Part shown: positions 43,663-55,200 of the stretch, in pieces
Numbering within the stretch: the stretch's first letter is position 1
How the letters are laid out: the number at the start of each line of letters is the position of its first letter
Assembly (NCBI GenBank): GCA_963842525.1
Contig: CAWJGT010000009.1
Span: 1,888,001 to 1,952,000, forward strand
Direction of reading: 5' to 3'
Source: an uncultured Holophagales bacterium
GTDB taxonomy: Bacteria; Acidobacteriota; Thermoanaerobaculia; Multivoradales; UBA5704
DNA length: 64,000 nucleotides
Program-made: the position numbers and the translations under genes
The notes under the pieces: generated by a model
What the model was told of the DNA's origin: nothing
The model's database searches: none
The model's input: only the letters and a program-made list of their open reading frames with translations

Positions 43663-45348
43663 ATGACCGGCTGGGCTCTCGATCTGGGGACGACGAACTC
43701 TGGAGTTGCGCGCTGGGACGAGGCTCTCGGCAAGCCCCGTCTTGTCGAGCTGCCCGAGATCTGCCGGAAGCTGGAGGCCACGGACCCGCTGGAGGCGCCG
43801 CGCCTGGTGCCTTCCGCCGTCCACTTCCTCGAGAGGCTCGGGATGGTCGACCGCCTGGGGAGCTGGCCGCCGCTGGCGCGGCGGTTCTTCATCGGCCGGC
43901 GGGCGCTGATCGGGCGGCAGGCGCTGGAGCGCAACGACGGTGTGGTGCATCCCTCGTTCGTGCCCACGTTCAAGCCCGGCTTGAGCACCGAGGCGCTGCG
44001 GCCGCTGGCGCGGGTGGGGCGGGAGAGCCTCACGGCCCGCGATGCCGCCCAGGCGTTCCTGCGCGAGCTGCTGCGCGAGATCAAGCGGACGACGGGGCAG
44101 CGGGTGCGCGACCTTGTCGTCACGTCGCCCGTGAGCGCGTTCGAGACCTATCGCGCGGAGGTGCAGCAGGCGTTGCGCCAACTGGGTGTGAGCCGGGTCC
44201 GCTTCGTCGACGAGCCGGTGGCGGCGGCGCTCGGCTACGGGATCAGCCTCAGCCACGAGCGGACGGTCCTGGTTGTGGACGTCGGGGGCGGCACGATGCA
44301 CGTGGTCCTCGTCCGCCTCTCGCCGCAGGGGGCGGTCAGCGGCCAGGCGACGGTGCTGGCCAAACGGGGACGCCCCGTGGGCGGCAACGCCGTCGACGGC
44401 TGGGTGCTGCAGGACCTCTGCCGCCAGATGGGCCATGACCTGACGGTCGAAGACGACGAGGTCACCCGCCTGTGGCGGCGGCTGATGCTTGCCGAGGCCT
44501 GCCGGGTGAAGGAAGCCGTGTTCTTCGAGGAAGAGGCGGCGTTCCTGATGAGCCCGGGAGAGACCTCCCGCGGGGCGCCGCGGCCGGGCAGCGGGGTCGT
44601 CATGCTCACCCGCGACCGCCTGCGGGAGGTCCTGGACGAGCACGGGTTCTATCGCAGCCTGAACGCCTCGGTGGAGGAGGTTCTGGAGCAGGCGCGCATG
44701 ACCGTGAACGACGTGGAGGACGTGCTGCTGGTGGGCGGCTCGACGCTCCTGCCCGGCTTCTTCTCATGGTTCGAGGAGCGCTTCGAGCGTCGCCGGGTGC
44801 GCGCGTGGCAGCCCTTCGAGGCGGTGGCCTACGGCGCCGCCTGTTTCGCCGGCGACCGGATGGATGCCCTGGACTTCATCGTGCATGACTACGCGTTCGT
44901 CACCCACGACCCGAAGACCGGCGAGGCCGAGCACACGGTCATCGTGCCGCGGGGGACGCGGTTCCCGACCCCTCCCGAGCTGTGGAAACGGCAGCTCGTC
45001 CCGACGTGTGCTCTCGGCGAGCCGGAAAGCCTGTTCAAGCTCCTCATCTGCGAGGTCTCGCGCGGTCATGCTGATGGGGATGGCGGCGAGCGGCGCTTCG
45101 TCTGGGACGCGGCCGGCGACGTGCACAAGGTGGGCGGCGCGGACGGCGATGCGCAGATCGTCGTACCTCTCAACGCGGCGAGCCCCACGCTCGGCTATCT
45201 CGATCCGCCGCACTCTCCGCGCGACCGTCGTCCCCGTCTCGAAATCGCGTTCAGCGTGAGCGCTGAGCGCTGGTTGACCGCCACCGTCCGGGACCTCCTC
45301 ACGCAGAAGGACCTGATGCTTGAGGAGCCCGTCGTCCGGCTGGTCTGA
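43663..45348 (+). CDS. Atypical Hsp70 family protein
   Basis: LDLGTTNS, VDEPVAAALGY, VDVGGGT, LLVGGSTLLP and EAVAYGA motifs; no DnaK lid or tail. Confidence 0.92.
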   Translation: MTGWALDLGTTNSGVARWDEALGKPRLVELPEICRKLEATDPLEAPRLVPSAVHFLERLGMVDRLGSWPPLARRFFIGRRALIGRQALERNDGVVHPSFVPTFKPGLSTEALRPLARVGRESLTARDAAQAFLRELLREIKRTTGQRVRDLVVTSPVSAFETYRAEVQQALRQLGVSRVRFVDEPVAAALGYGISLSHERTVLVVDVGGGTMHVVLVRLSPQGAVSGQATVLAKRGRPVGGNAVDGWVLQDLCRQMGHDLTVEDDEVTRLWRRLMLAEACRVKEAVFFEEEAAFLMSPGETSRGAPRPGSGVVMLTRDRLREVLDEHGFYRSLNASVEEVLEQARMTVNDVEDVLLVGGSTLLPGFFSWFEERFERRRVRAWQPFEAVAYGAACFAGDRMDALDFIVHDYAFVTHDPKTGEAEHTVIVPRGTRFPTPPELWKRQLVPTCALGEPESLFKLLICEVSRGHADGDGGERRFVWDAAGDVHKVGGADGDAQIVVPLNAASPTLGYLDPPHSPRDRRPRLEIAFSVSAERWLTATVRDLLTQKDLMLEEPVVRLV

Positions 45349-45360
45349 GGTAGGTGCGGC

Positions 45361-46758
45361 ATGTTGGAACAGATCCTGGTCTACGGGGGGTTGATGGCGG
45401 GCCTCGCGATCCTGGACCACCTCCGCCGCAACAACTGGAACCGCGTGAGGGGCTGGCGGAGAGCGGCTATGGCGTGCGACTTGCGGATCGAGGAGACCGC
45501 GAGCTCGTCGGTGTCGCGCAGGGGGCTCGTGACGCACTCGGGAGGGCTGACGGTGCGGTTCGAGGACGCCGAAGCCCGGGAAATCCTGACCCGGATCGCC
45601 ATCCCTTTTCTGGGACCGCCGGGGTTCGCCACCGTGGCGATCCGGCGCGAGCAGGAAAAGCCCCGAGAGAGCCGCGAGATCGAGTTGGGAGCCGAGCTGT
45701 TTGACCGCGCGTTCTATATCGTGGGACCGGCGCGGCTCGTCTTTGGGTTGCTCACTGCGAAGATGCGCCGTCTGCTGATCCGCATCAACAATGCCGCCAA
45801 GCGGATGGAGATCGCCGCCGGCGAGCTGCGCGTGTACGTGCCCGACAAGGAGATTGCAGTCGTCCTTCCCCTTGTGCTCGACGCCGGCCGGTTGTTCGCC
45901 CGGCCGATGGATGTCGTGCAACGTCTGGCCGAGAACGCCCGCGAGGACCCTGAGCCCAGGGTCCGGCTCCACAACCTGTATGTCCTGCTCCGTGAGTTTC
46001 CTGGGGATCCGCGGGCGGCTGAGGCTCTCCGCACCGCCTGCTCGGATGCCAGCCCGCTGGTCCGGCTGCGCGCGGCCCAGCAACTGGGCGCCGAGGGCCG
46101 CGGCATCGTCATCGAGGTTGCCGAGAGCACGGCGGACGATGCCGCGAGCGCGGAGGCCGTTTTGATCCTGAGCCGGGAGCTGCCGTTCGAGCACACGAAG
46201 ACTATCCTCTTCCAGTCGTTGCGCCGGCGCCTCCTCCTCACAGCCCGCGCCTGTCTGGAGATCCTCGGTACCGGCGGCGACGAGGCCGTCGAGGTGCTGG
46301 CCAAGGTGATGGAGCGCGAAAAGGGCGAGCTCGCCGCTGCCGTGGCCGTGGCCCTGGGAGCGACCGGAAGCGCTGCCGCCGAGCCGCCGTTGATCCTGGC
46401 TCTCCAGCGTGACCAGAGGGACGCTCAGGTGGCGGCCGCGAACGCCTTGGGCCGCATCGGCTCGGCGGCGGCCGTGCTGCCGCTCAAGGAAGCGGCCGAG
46501 CGCTCCCCGGGCGACCCGGAGGTCCTCCGCGCCACACGCCAGGCGATCGCCGAGGTCCAGTCGCGCCTTCCGGGCGCCTCGCCGGGCCAGCTCTCGTTGG
46601 CCGGGGCGGAGGCCGGTCGATTGTCGTTGGCGCAGGGCGAGGCGGGCCAACTGTCGCTGGCGACCGAAGCAGCCGGACAGCTCTCGCTCTCGTCGGCGGA
46701 GCCGGGCCAGCTTTCGGTCGTTGGCACCGAGAAACATGACCGCACTGGTCTGAGGTGA
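45361..46758 (+). CDS. N-terminal TM + HEAT/PBS-lyase repeat protein with GQLSL tail, paralog 1
   Basis: TM helix; VRLRAA..LG and AAANALGRIGSAAAVLPL repeats; five G(Q/R)LS(L/V) units at 10 aa spacing. Confidence 0.88.
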   Translation: MLEQILVYGGLMAGLAILDHLRRNNWNRVRGWRRAAMACDLRIEETASSSVSRRGLVTHSGGLTVRFEDAEAREILTRIAIPFLGPPGFATVAIRREQEKPRESREIELGAELFDRAFYIVGPARLVFGLLTAKMRRLLIRINNAAKRMEIAAGELRVYVPDKEIAVVLPLVLDAGRLFARPMDVVQRLAENAREDPEPRVRLHNLYVLLREFPGDPRAAEALRTACSDASPLVRLRAAQQLGAEGRGIVIEVAESTADDAASAEAVLILSRELPFEHTKTILFQSLRRRLLLTARACLEILGTGGDEAVEVLAKVMEREKGELAAAVAVALGATGSAAAEPPLILALQRDQRDAQVAAANALGRIGSAAAVLPLKEAAERSPGDPEVLRATRQAIAEVQSRLPGASPGQLSLAGAEAGRLSLAQGEAGQLSLATEAAGQLSLSSAEPGQLSVVGTEKHDRTGLR

Positions 46759-46764
46759 CCCGGC

Positions 46765-48265
46765 ATGTGGGAGTTGGCCTTGATCCCGGTTGTCGCAGGC
46801 GGAATCGGTTTTGTGACAGCTCTCCATCAGTGCCTCGGGCGCCTCCAGGTCTGGAAGGATGCCGCGTCGTCGTGCCGCTTGCAGGGGGTGGAGGTCTCCA
46901 GCCCCCTGGCCTGGCGGTTGAAGCTCCACGGACGAGCGGGGCCTTTGGAGGTGCAGATCGAGGAGTACGGACGCCACCGGTACACCCGGGTCTCCGTCAC
47001 GGTGCCGGGACCGCCGGGTTTCCCCGGCGTCAAGATCCGCCGCGAGGAGCACAAGCCGTTCGGGGCACGCGAGATCGAGGTCGGCGACGAGTCTTTCGAT
47101 CGCGCGTTCTACATCATGGGGCCGATGCGGCTCCTGCACGCGCTGCTCGATGCGGAGGCGCGCCGTCTGCTGCTCCAGGTGAACGACGGCGGCGATCTGG
47201 TGATCTCCGGCGGCAAGCTGCAGGCGGAGAAGCTGTACACGATGCAGGTCTCTGACTTCCTTCCCCTCCTCCTCGACGTCGGCCGGCGGTTTGCCCAGCC
47301 CATGGATGCCCTGCTGCGCCTGGCGGAGAACGCCCAGAGCGATCCCGAGGACGGGGTGCGGCTCCAGAACCTCCTTCTCCTGGTGCGTGAGCTTCCCGGA
47401 GATCCGGCGACGATCGAGGCCCTCCGCATCGCCTGCTCGGACGTGAGCCCCCGGGTCCGTCTGCGTGCAGCCAAGGAGCTGGGCGCCGAAGGCCGCAACG
47501 TCCTCGTGGACCTCGCGGAAAGCCTGGTGGACGACGCCTGTAGCGCGCAGGCGATTTCGATCCTGGGCGGGGATCTGCCGTTCGAGCGCATCGCAGGCCA
47601 TCCTCGTCCAGGCCTTGCGCCGGCGCCTCCTCCAGACGGCCCGCTCCTGCCTGGAGGCGCTCGGCCGCAGCGGTGCCACGGCCGTCGACACGCTGGCAAA
47701 GGTGCTGGCGCGTGAAAAGGGCGAGCTGGCCGTTGCCGCGGCCGCAGCTCTCGGAGCGACCGGAAGCCCGGCCGCCGAGCCGCCGCTGATCCTGGCCCTC
47801 CAGCGTGAGCAGAAGGACGTGCAGGTGGCCGCGGCGAACGCGCTGGCCCGCGTCGGCTCGGCGGCGGCCGTGCTGCCTCTCAAGGAAGCGGCCGAGCGCG
47901 CCTCGCGCGATCCGGAGGTCCTCCGGGCCACGCGCCAGGCGATCGCCGAGATCCAGTCGCGCGTCCAGGGCGCTTCGCCGGGCCAGCTCTCGCTGGCGGG
48001 AGTGGAGGTCGGCCAGTTGTCGCTGGCGCAAGCCGAGGCAGGGCAACTGTCGATCGCCACGGAAGCGGCTGGCCAGCTCTCGCTCCGACGGCGGAGCCGG
48101 GACAGCTTTCGCTCGGCGGTGACGGGGAAACCTGACCGCGCCGGTGGTGCGGCTGGTCTGAGAGGTTGTTTGGAAAACTCTGCTGGGGGCGTTGCCTTGG
48201 TCCCTCACCCCCGGCCCCTCTCCCATCCGCACTCCCTTCCCCCGGGAGAGGGGAGAAAAGCATGA
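46765..48265 (+). CDS. HEAT-repeat paralog 2 (frameshift near 47595; C-terminus runs into the MITE)
   Basis: ORFs 46765 and 47465 stitched; same architecture as paralog 1. Confidence 0.85.
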
Positions 48266-48377
48266 TCAGGAAGCTCCTGGGTGGGGGCTCCCCTCTCCCG
48301 GGCGGGTGTGAGTGCGGATGGGAGAGGGGCCGGGGGTGAGGGACCAGGGCTCGCGCAGGAATTTCCAGACACCCTCT
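48161..48377. mobile_element. MITE-like element copy
   Basis: Near-identical to 22314-22531. Confidence 0.82.
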
Positions 48378-48391
48378 GAGGGGGGAGCAGC

Positions 48392-49759
48392 ATGTGGGAA
48401 GCAGTCTTCATAGCCGTTGCAGCGGGCGTCGGGCTGTTGATCGACTTCCGGCGCCACCACTGGCGCCTGAAGGCCTGGCAGAATGCCTTCTCATCGTGCG
48501 GGTTGAAGGTGGTGGAGGCCTTCGGCGCGAGGGGGTGGTCCTTGAGGCTCCATGGACGAGCGGGACCTGTTGAGGTGTGGATCGAGGAGTCTGGAGCTGG
48601 AGCCCAGAGAGAGACCCGGATCGTGGTCACGGCTCCGGTACCGCCGGGTTTTGCCGATGTGAGGCTCCGCCGCGAGCAGCCCGAGCCCGCGGCGCGCGAG
48701 ATCGAGATCGGAGACGAAGCGTTCGACAGCACGTTTTCCCTCGAGGGGCCGGCGCGGCTCGTCTGCGCGCTGCTCGATGCGGAGACGCGCCGCCTGCTGG
48801 TCAGCGCGAGCTCCGGGAGCGAGGTGGACATCGCCAACGGCAGGATGCAGGCTTCACGGGTCTCGAATGTCTCCGTCTCCCTGCCCCTCCTCCTCGCCAT
48901 CGGCCGCCGGTTCACCAGGCTCATGGAGGCCCCGCGGCTCCTGGCCGACAACGTCCGGGAGGACCCTGAGCCCGGGGTACGGCTCCGCAACCTGCTCCTC
49001 CTGATCCGTGAGCTGCCCGGAGACCCGGTGACGCTGGAGGCGCTCCGCACCGCCTGCGCGGACCCAACCCCCCGGGTCCAATTGCGAGCGGCCCAGGAGC
49101 TGGGCAGTGAACGCATCAGCGTCCTCGCGGAGCTCGCCGAGAACACGGAGGACGACGCCACGAGCGCGCAGGCGATCTCGCTCCTGGGGCAGGAGCTGCC
49201 GGTCGAACGCGCGCGGGCAATCCTCATCCATGCCTTGCGGAGGCGCCGCCTGCGGACGGCCCGCGCCTGCCTGGAGTCCCTGGGCCGCAGCGGAGGCGCC
49301 ACGGCGATCGACACTCTGGCGAAGGTGACAGCGCGCGAAAAAGGCGAGCTCGCCGTGGCCGCGGCCCTGGCCCTGGGAGAGACCGCAAGCCCGGCCGCCG
49401 AGACGCCGCTGCTCGCGGCCCTCCAGCGTGACAAGGCCGACCTCCGGGTGGCCGCGGCCAACGCACTGGGCCGCGCCGGCACGGCTGCTGCCGTGCTGCC
49501 GCTCAAGGAAGCGGCCGAGCGCTTCTCGCGCGACCCGGACCTCCGCCGGGCCACACGTCAGGCGATCGCCGAGATCCAGTCGCGCGTCCAGGATGCCTCG
49601 CCGGGACAGCTCTCGCTGGCCGGAGTGGAGGTCGGCCAGTTGTCGTTGGCGCAAGCCGAAGCGGGCCAACTGTCGCTCGCCACGGGCGCGGCCGGACAGC
49701 TCTCGCTGCCGTCGGTGAAGCCGGGGCAGCTGTCGTTCAGCGACGGAGAGGAGGACTGA
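48392..49759 (+). CDS. HEAT-repeat paralog 3
   Basis: Same architecture; five GQLS(L/F) units. Confidence 0.88.
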   Translation: MWEAVFIAVAAGVGLLIDFRRHHWRLKAWQNAFSSCGLKVVEAFGARGWSLRLHGRAGPVEVWIEESGAGAQRETRIVVTAPVPPGFADVRLRREQPEPAAREIEIGDEAFDSTFSLEGPARLVCALLDAETRRLLVSASSGSEVDIANGRMQASRVSNVSVSLPLLLAIGRRFTRLMEAPRLLADNVREDPEPGVRLRNLLLLIRELPGDPVTLEALRTACADPTPRVQLRAAQELGSERISVLAELAENTEDDATSAQAISLLGQELPVERARAILIHALRRRRLRTARACLESLGRSGGATAIDTLAKVTAREKGELAVAAALALGETASPAAETPLLAALQRDKADLRVAAANALGRAGTAAAVLPLKEAAERFSRDPDLRRATRQAIAEIQSRVQDASPGQLSLAGVEVGQLSLAQAEAGQLSLATGAAGQLSLPSVKPGQLSFSDGEED

Positions 49760-49791
49760 AGCCGGCTCCCGGAGGAGCTGCTCAGCCCGAT

Positions 49792-51168
49792 ATGTGGGCA
49801 ATAGGCCTCTTGGTCGTCGTGGCAGGTGGCGTTGCGATTTTGGGCGCCCTCATGCAAGGCGTGCAAGGCCAGCGGCAGCTGCCGCAGCTGCCGGCCTGGC
49901 ATGATGCCGTGGTTTCGTGCGGCTTGCAGAACGTGAAGATCCTTGACGGAGAAGCGAGGCTCTCGGCACGAGCGGGACTGCTGGAGGTGCGGATCGAGGG
50001 CTCTAGAGAGAAACAACAAGGCATCCGGGTCGTTGTCAGGATTCCGGGGCCACCAGAGTTCCAAAATGTGAGGATCGTCCCCGAAGTACCGAAGCGGTTT
50101 CGGTCGTCGCGGGAGATCGAGATCGGACACGAGCTTTTCGACAACACTTTCTCCGTCGAGGGACCGGTGCAATTGGTTTGCGCGTTGCTCGATGCAGGGA
50201 CGCGCCAACAGTTGGTCCGCATGAACGCCGAGACCCGGCTGACGATCGTCCACGGTGCGCTCGAGGCGGAAATGTCCGAGGAGGCGATCCCTCACATTCT
50301 GCCTCGCCTTCTCGACATCGGTCAGCGGCTCGCCCAGCCCATGAACATTCCGCGACGCCTGGCCGAGAACGCCAACCGGGACCCTGAGGCCGGGGTGCGG
50401 CTGCGGAATCTGCTTCTCCTGATCCGTGAGCTCTCTAAAGATCCGGGGACCTCCGAGGCTCTCCGCAAGGCCTGCTCGGACCCGAGCCCCGAAATCCGGC
50501 TGCGGGCAGCCAAGGAGTTGGGTGCCGAAGGTCGCGACGTTCTCTTGGAGCTTGGGGAGAGCCCGGTGGACGACGCCTTGAGCGCCGAGGCCCTGTCGAT
50601 CCTGGATCGAGAGCTGCCGTTCGAGCGCACGAGAGCCATCCTCGACTATGCCTTGAAGAGGGGCCGTACCCGGACGGCCCGTGCCTGCCTGGAGGCGTTC
50701 GGCAGCAGCGGAGGTGCCGCGGCCGTCGAGACGCTGGAGAAGGTGATGGCGCGCGGGGGCGAGATGGCCACCGTCGCAGCCCGGTCTCTGGGAATGACCG
50801 GCAGCGCCTGCGCCGAGCCGTCGCTGATCCTGGCTCTTCAATGGGGGCAGGCGGATCTCCAGGTGGCCGCAGCGACCGCGCTGGGCCGCGTCGGCTCGGC
50901 AGCAGCCGTGCTGCCGCTGAAGGAAGCGGCCGAGCGCACCTGGCTCGATCGCGAGCTCCACCGAGCGGTGCGCCAGGCGATTGCCGAGATCCAATCCCGC
51001 CTCCAGGGCGCCTCGCCCGGCCAGCTCTCGCTTGCCGGGGCCGAAGCAGGCCAGTTGTCGTTGGCGCAAGCCGGGGCGGGCGAGCTTTCGCTCGCCCCCG
51101 ACCCGGCCGGGCAGCTCTCGCTGGGAGCGCCGGCATCCTTGCCGGCCGGCAAACCGAAGACGGAGTAA
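49792..51168 (+). CDS. HEAT-repeat paralog 4
   Basis: Same architecture; the last ~15 aa (LGAPASLPAGKPKTE) are encoded by a REP at 51121-51198. Confidence 0.88.
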   Translation: MWAIGLLVVVAGGVAILGALMQGVQGQRQLPQLPAWHDAVVSCGLQNVKILDGEARLSARAGLLEVRIEGSREKQQGIRVVVRIPGPPEFQNVRIVPEVPKRFRSSREIEIGHELFDNTFSVEGPVQLVCALLDAGTRQQLVRMNAETRLTIVHGALEAEMSEEAIPHILPRLLDIGQRLAQPMNIPRRLAENANRDPEAGVRLRNLLLLIRELSKDPGTSEALRKACSDPSPEIRLRAAKELGAEGRDVLLELGESPVDDALSAEALSILDRELPFERTRAILDYALKRGRTRTARACLEAFGSSGGAAAVETLEKVMARGGEMATVAARSLGMTGSACAEPSLILALQWGQADLQVAAATALGRVGSAAAVLPLKEAAERTWLDRELHRAVRQAIAEIQSRLQGASPGQLSLAGAEAGQLSLAQAGAGELSLAPDPAGQLSLGAPASLPAGKPKTE

Positions 51169-51343
51169 GAAGGCCGGCAAGGATGCCGGCGCTCCCAGCA
51201 AAGCTACGAGTCGTGCATCGCCAGCAGCACCGCTGGCGGCGCGCCTCTTGCAGGTTGCGGAAAGCTGAAATCATCGGTCTGGCTCTCGCGGTGGTGGCGC
51301 GGTGCTCGCCGGGAGAACCGGCCCAGGGAAGGGGGAGACGACG

Positions 51344-51871
51344 ATGCCGAAGATCACCGAGCTGTTGTTGGCTGAGCTGGAACGGGAAGCAGCGGGGACT
51401 CGCCGCGCGCTGGAGCGCGTCCCGGAAGGACGCAACGACTGGAAGCCGCACGAGAAGTCAATGGCTCTCGGGTACCTGGCCGGCCTGGTCGCCACGATGC
51501 TGTCCTGGGTTGAGGCCATCGTCACCCAGGACGAGCTCGACCTCGCTGCTCCGGGCGAGTACAAGACTGGAGCCTTCGATACGAACCGTGAGCTCCTGGA
51601 TGCGTTCGACCATGCCGTTGCGCAGGCGCGCAAGGCCCTCGTAACTGCGACCGACGAGCACCTCTTGACGACGAATTGGCGGCTGCTCGCCCAAGGCCGG
51701 CTGATGACGGAGCAGACGCGCTACGTCGCGATTCGCGACCTCACCTTGAACCATCTTGCGCATCACCGGGGCCAGCTCACCGTCTACCTGCGGCTCAACG
51801 ACGTTCCCGTCCCGTCGCTTTACGGACCGACGGCGGATGAGAATCCATATTCCGGAGCCCCACCCTCATAG
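51344..51871 (+). CDS. DinB family protein
   Basis: TRRALERVP, WKPHEKSM and NHLAHHRGQLTVYLRL..VPVPSLYGPTAD motifs. Confidence 0.92.
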   Translation: MPKITELLLAELEREAAGTRRALERVPEGRNDWKPHEKSMALGYLAGLVATMLSWVEAIVTQDELDLAAPGEYKTGAFDTNRELLDAFDHAVAQARKALVTATDEHLLTTNWRLLAQGRLMTEQTRYVAIRDLTLNHLAHHRGQLTVYLRLNDVPVPSLYGPTADENPYSGAPPS

Positions 51872-51919
51872 ACCTTGTTCGCGTTGTCCGGGCCCTGAGC
51901 GGGCGTCTCGAAACCCGAG

Positions 51920-52073
51920 CCCTCTCCCCCGACCCCTCTCCCGCGCGACCACCGCCCTTCCACCCCGAGCGGGAGAGGAGAGCCTCCACCCGGTTCCTCT
52001 GGTTTCCCCCCTCTCCCGTTCGGGGTGGAAGGGTGCGGGACGCACGGGAGAGGGGGGCCAGGGGGGTGAGGGC
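51920..52073. repeat. Divergent REP pair (CCCTCTCCC family)
   Basis: ccctctcccccgacccctctccc ... gggagaggggggccaggggggtgaggg. Confidence 0.75.
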
Positions 52074-52227
52074 TTCGCGCATGTTGTGCTGCAGACCTGT
52101 GCGTCGCCTTATTCTCCGGGAGGTCTAAATGAACCTCATCCTCTGACGAGCCCCGCCGGCGTCGGAGCCCAGGGTCTCGAGAAATGTTCGCCCGCCGGCC
52201 GTCACTTCCTGAGGAGAGGAGCTCTCC

Positions 52228-55200
52228 ATGAATCTGCGCGTCTTCATCTCTTCTCCTGGAGACGTCGGCGAGGAGCGACGGCTCACCGCCCGCGTCATCG
52301 AACGCCTGCAGTACGAGCTCGGACCCAGGGTCGACCTCGAGCCGATCTTCTGGGAGCACGAGCCGTTGCGCGCCACCGGCAGCTTCCAGGACGAAATCCC
52401 GCTTCCCTCCCAGGCCGACATCGTCGTCTCCATCCTCTGGTCGCGACTTGGAACGCGCCTGCCCGCGCACCTCACGCGTCCGGACGGCAGCCGCTACGCC
52501 TCCGGCACCGAGTTCGAGCTCGAGAACGCGATGCATTCCTTCCGGGAAAAGGGGACCCCCGACCTCCTCGTCTACCGCAAGACGACCCGGCCGCTCACCG
52601 AATTGGATTCGGAGGAGCGCGTGATGGAGCGGTTGGGGCAGAAGAGGGCCCTCGACGGCTTTCTCAAGACGTGGTTCCAGGACGCCGAGGGCTCGTTCAC
52701 AGCCGCGTTCCATGCCTTCGATACGTCCGCCCGGTTCGAGGAGCTGCTGGAGGAGCACCTCCGCCGTCTGATCGACGCCCGCCTGCGCCGGCAGCCGTCC
52801 GGCGAGCCGGCCCCCGTCCGGCCGCGGTGGCAGCGCGGCTCGCCGTTCCGCGGTCTGCAGAGCTTCGAGATGGAGCACGCTCCTGTCTTTTGCGGCCGCA
52901 CCTCCCAGGTCGGCGACGTGCTGAACGCCCTGCGCCGGCAAGCGGCGGTCGGCAAGCCGTTCCTCCTCGTCACGGGCATGAGCGGCTGCGGCAAATCGTC
53001 CCTCGTGCGCGCCGGTGTGCTGCCGGAGCTGACCTATCCCAACGTCATCGAGGGGATCGGCTTCTGGCGCTACGCGAGCTTCGTGCCGGGCAACAGCTCC
53101 AGTGACCTGTTCAACGGCCTCGCCCAGGCGCTGCTCGAAGACCATGCCCTCAAAGAGCTGCGCCAGAGCGGGACCGGCATCCACGAGCTGGCCATGCTGC
53201 TGCGGGAGCGTCCGGCCACGGCCGTGCCGCTCCTGCGTTCGGGCCTGTCCCAGGCAGCGCGCGAGGCCCAGCGTCTCGAGCGCCTCGAGCAGGAGCCCGC
53301 GGCCCGCCTGGCGCTGCTCGTGGACCAGATGGAGGAGATCTTCACCATCGAACGCTTCACCGCCGCGGAGCGGCAGAGGTTCGAACGCCGCCCTCGGCGC
53401 GCTGGTGCGGAGCGGAACGGTCTGGGTGCTCTGCACGCTGCGCAGCGACTTCTACCACCGCTGCGCCGAGCTTCCCGAGCTGATGTTTCTCAAGGAGGGC
53501 GCCGGCCAGTACGACCTCCGCTCGCCGGGCGCCGCCGAGATCGGGCAGATCATCCGCCAGCCGGCGCGGGTCGCAGGCCTCTGTTTCGAGGAGGACCCGC
53601 AGACCGGAGAGCGCCTGGACGACGTGCTGCGCGATGCCGCCGTCAAGGATCCCGCGGCGCTGCCGCTTCTCGAATTCACCCTCGACGAGCTGTACAAGCG
53701 GCGGACGGACGACGGGCTGTTGACCTTCGCGGCCTACCGCGAGCTCGAAGGGGTCGAGGGCGCTCTGGCCCACCGGGCCGAGGAGGTCTTCGCCGGCCTG
53801 CCGGCCCCCGCGCAGGCCGCGCTGCCTTCGGTCCTCTCCGCTCTAGTGACCCTGAGCACCGAGGAGGAGCGCGCCGTGGCTCGCCGGCGGGTGCCGCTCG
53901 CGGCCTTTGCGGTGTTTGCGGCATCGCGAGAGGCGAAGACCCTGGTCGACGCCTTCATCGAGCACCGGCTCCTGGTCACCGACCGGGCGCACGACGGGAC
54001 GCCGGTGGTGAGCGTCGCCCATGAGGCGTTGCTCCACCGCTGGCCGCGTGCCCGCAAGTGGCTCGCGGACAACGAGGAGCTGCTGCGCACCCGCGCCCGG
54101 ATCCAATCCGCGGCCGCCCTGTGGCGCCAGGAGGGGGAAGGGACCGGGTTCCTCATCCCCGAAGGCAAGCTGTTGCGCGCCGCCGAGACGCTCCTCGCGG
54201 ACTCCGGCGGCCATCTCGGGGAGGGCGAGGCGGAGCTGGTGCGCGCCTCGCTGGCGGCCGTGCAGACCGGGCGCCGCCGGCAGACGCTCTGGCGCGCCGC
54301 GGCCGTCGCGGCCGTCCTGCTCGTGGTCGTGGCGGCCTGGGCCGTCTGGTATCTCTACTTCCGCGACTACCTCACCTATTACAACAGCTTCACCAAGCGC
54401 TTCGGCAAGCCTGCCGGCGTCGGCGAGGTGGCAGGGAGAGACGTCCGCCACCGGCAGTGGGTCCTCCGCTTCACCCAGGAGGGGCGCCGCGGTCCGGTGA
54501 TGCGGGTCGAGGCGGTCAACGGCTCGGGATACCGGACGCCCCTCCACATGGTCAACCGGTACATCTCTGGCGTGGAGTCGGACATCCTCAATCTGGGTGA
54601 GCGGGAGTGCGCGTGGCTCTTCGACTACGACGCCCAGGGGGACCTCCTGCGGGAGCGAGGTGAGAGCTGCGCCGGCCGGAGGGTCTACGAGTTCCAGTAC
54701 AAGGGCGGGCCGACGAAGGACAACATCATCATTGCGGAGTTCACCAGGGACGGCATCGCCGCGCCCCAGGCGGAGTCGGGAGCCGCGCTGGTCCAGTTCG
54801 CGCGGGACAAGGAAGGGTTCGACAGGAAGGTCTGGTACCTGGACAGCGCCGGCCAGCGCAAGCCGGGGCGCGACAGGTCCTATGGCATGAGCTTCGAAGA
54901 GCTCGACGACACCGGCCTGCCACGGCGCATCGTCAATCTCGGACCTGACGGCTATGCGGCCCTCCATCAGGATGGCTGGGTCGAACAGACCGCGGACTAT
55001 GACGAAGCCGGCAGGATCGTCGAGGTGACCTATTCCAGCCGCCAGGGAACGCGGGTGCTGAACCGGGAGGGATTCGCGAGGGCAACCCTGAAATATGACC
55101 GGTCTGGAAACGTCGAAGAGATCCGCAGGTTCAACGAGCGCAACCTGCCGGTCCCCGGAACTGCGCTCCTGAGAAACACCTATGACGAGAAGGGGAACCT

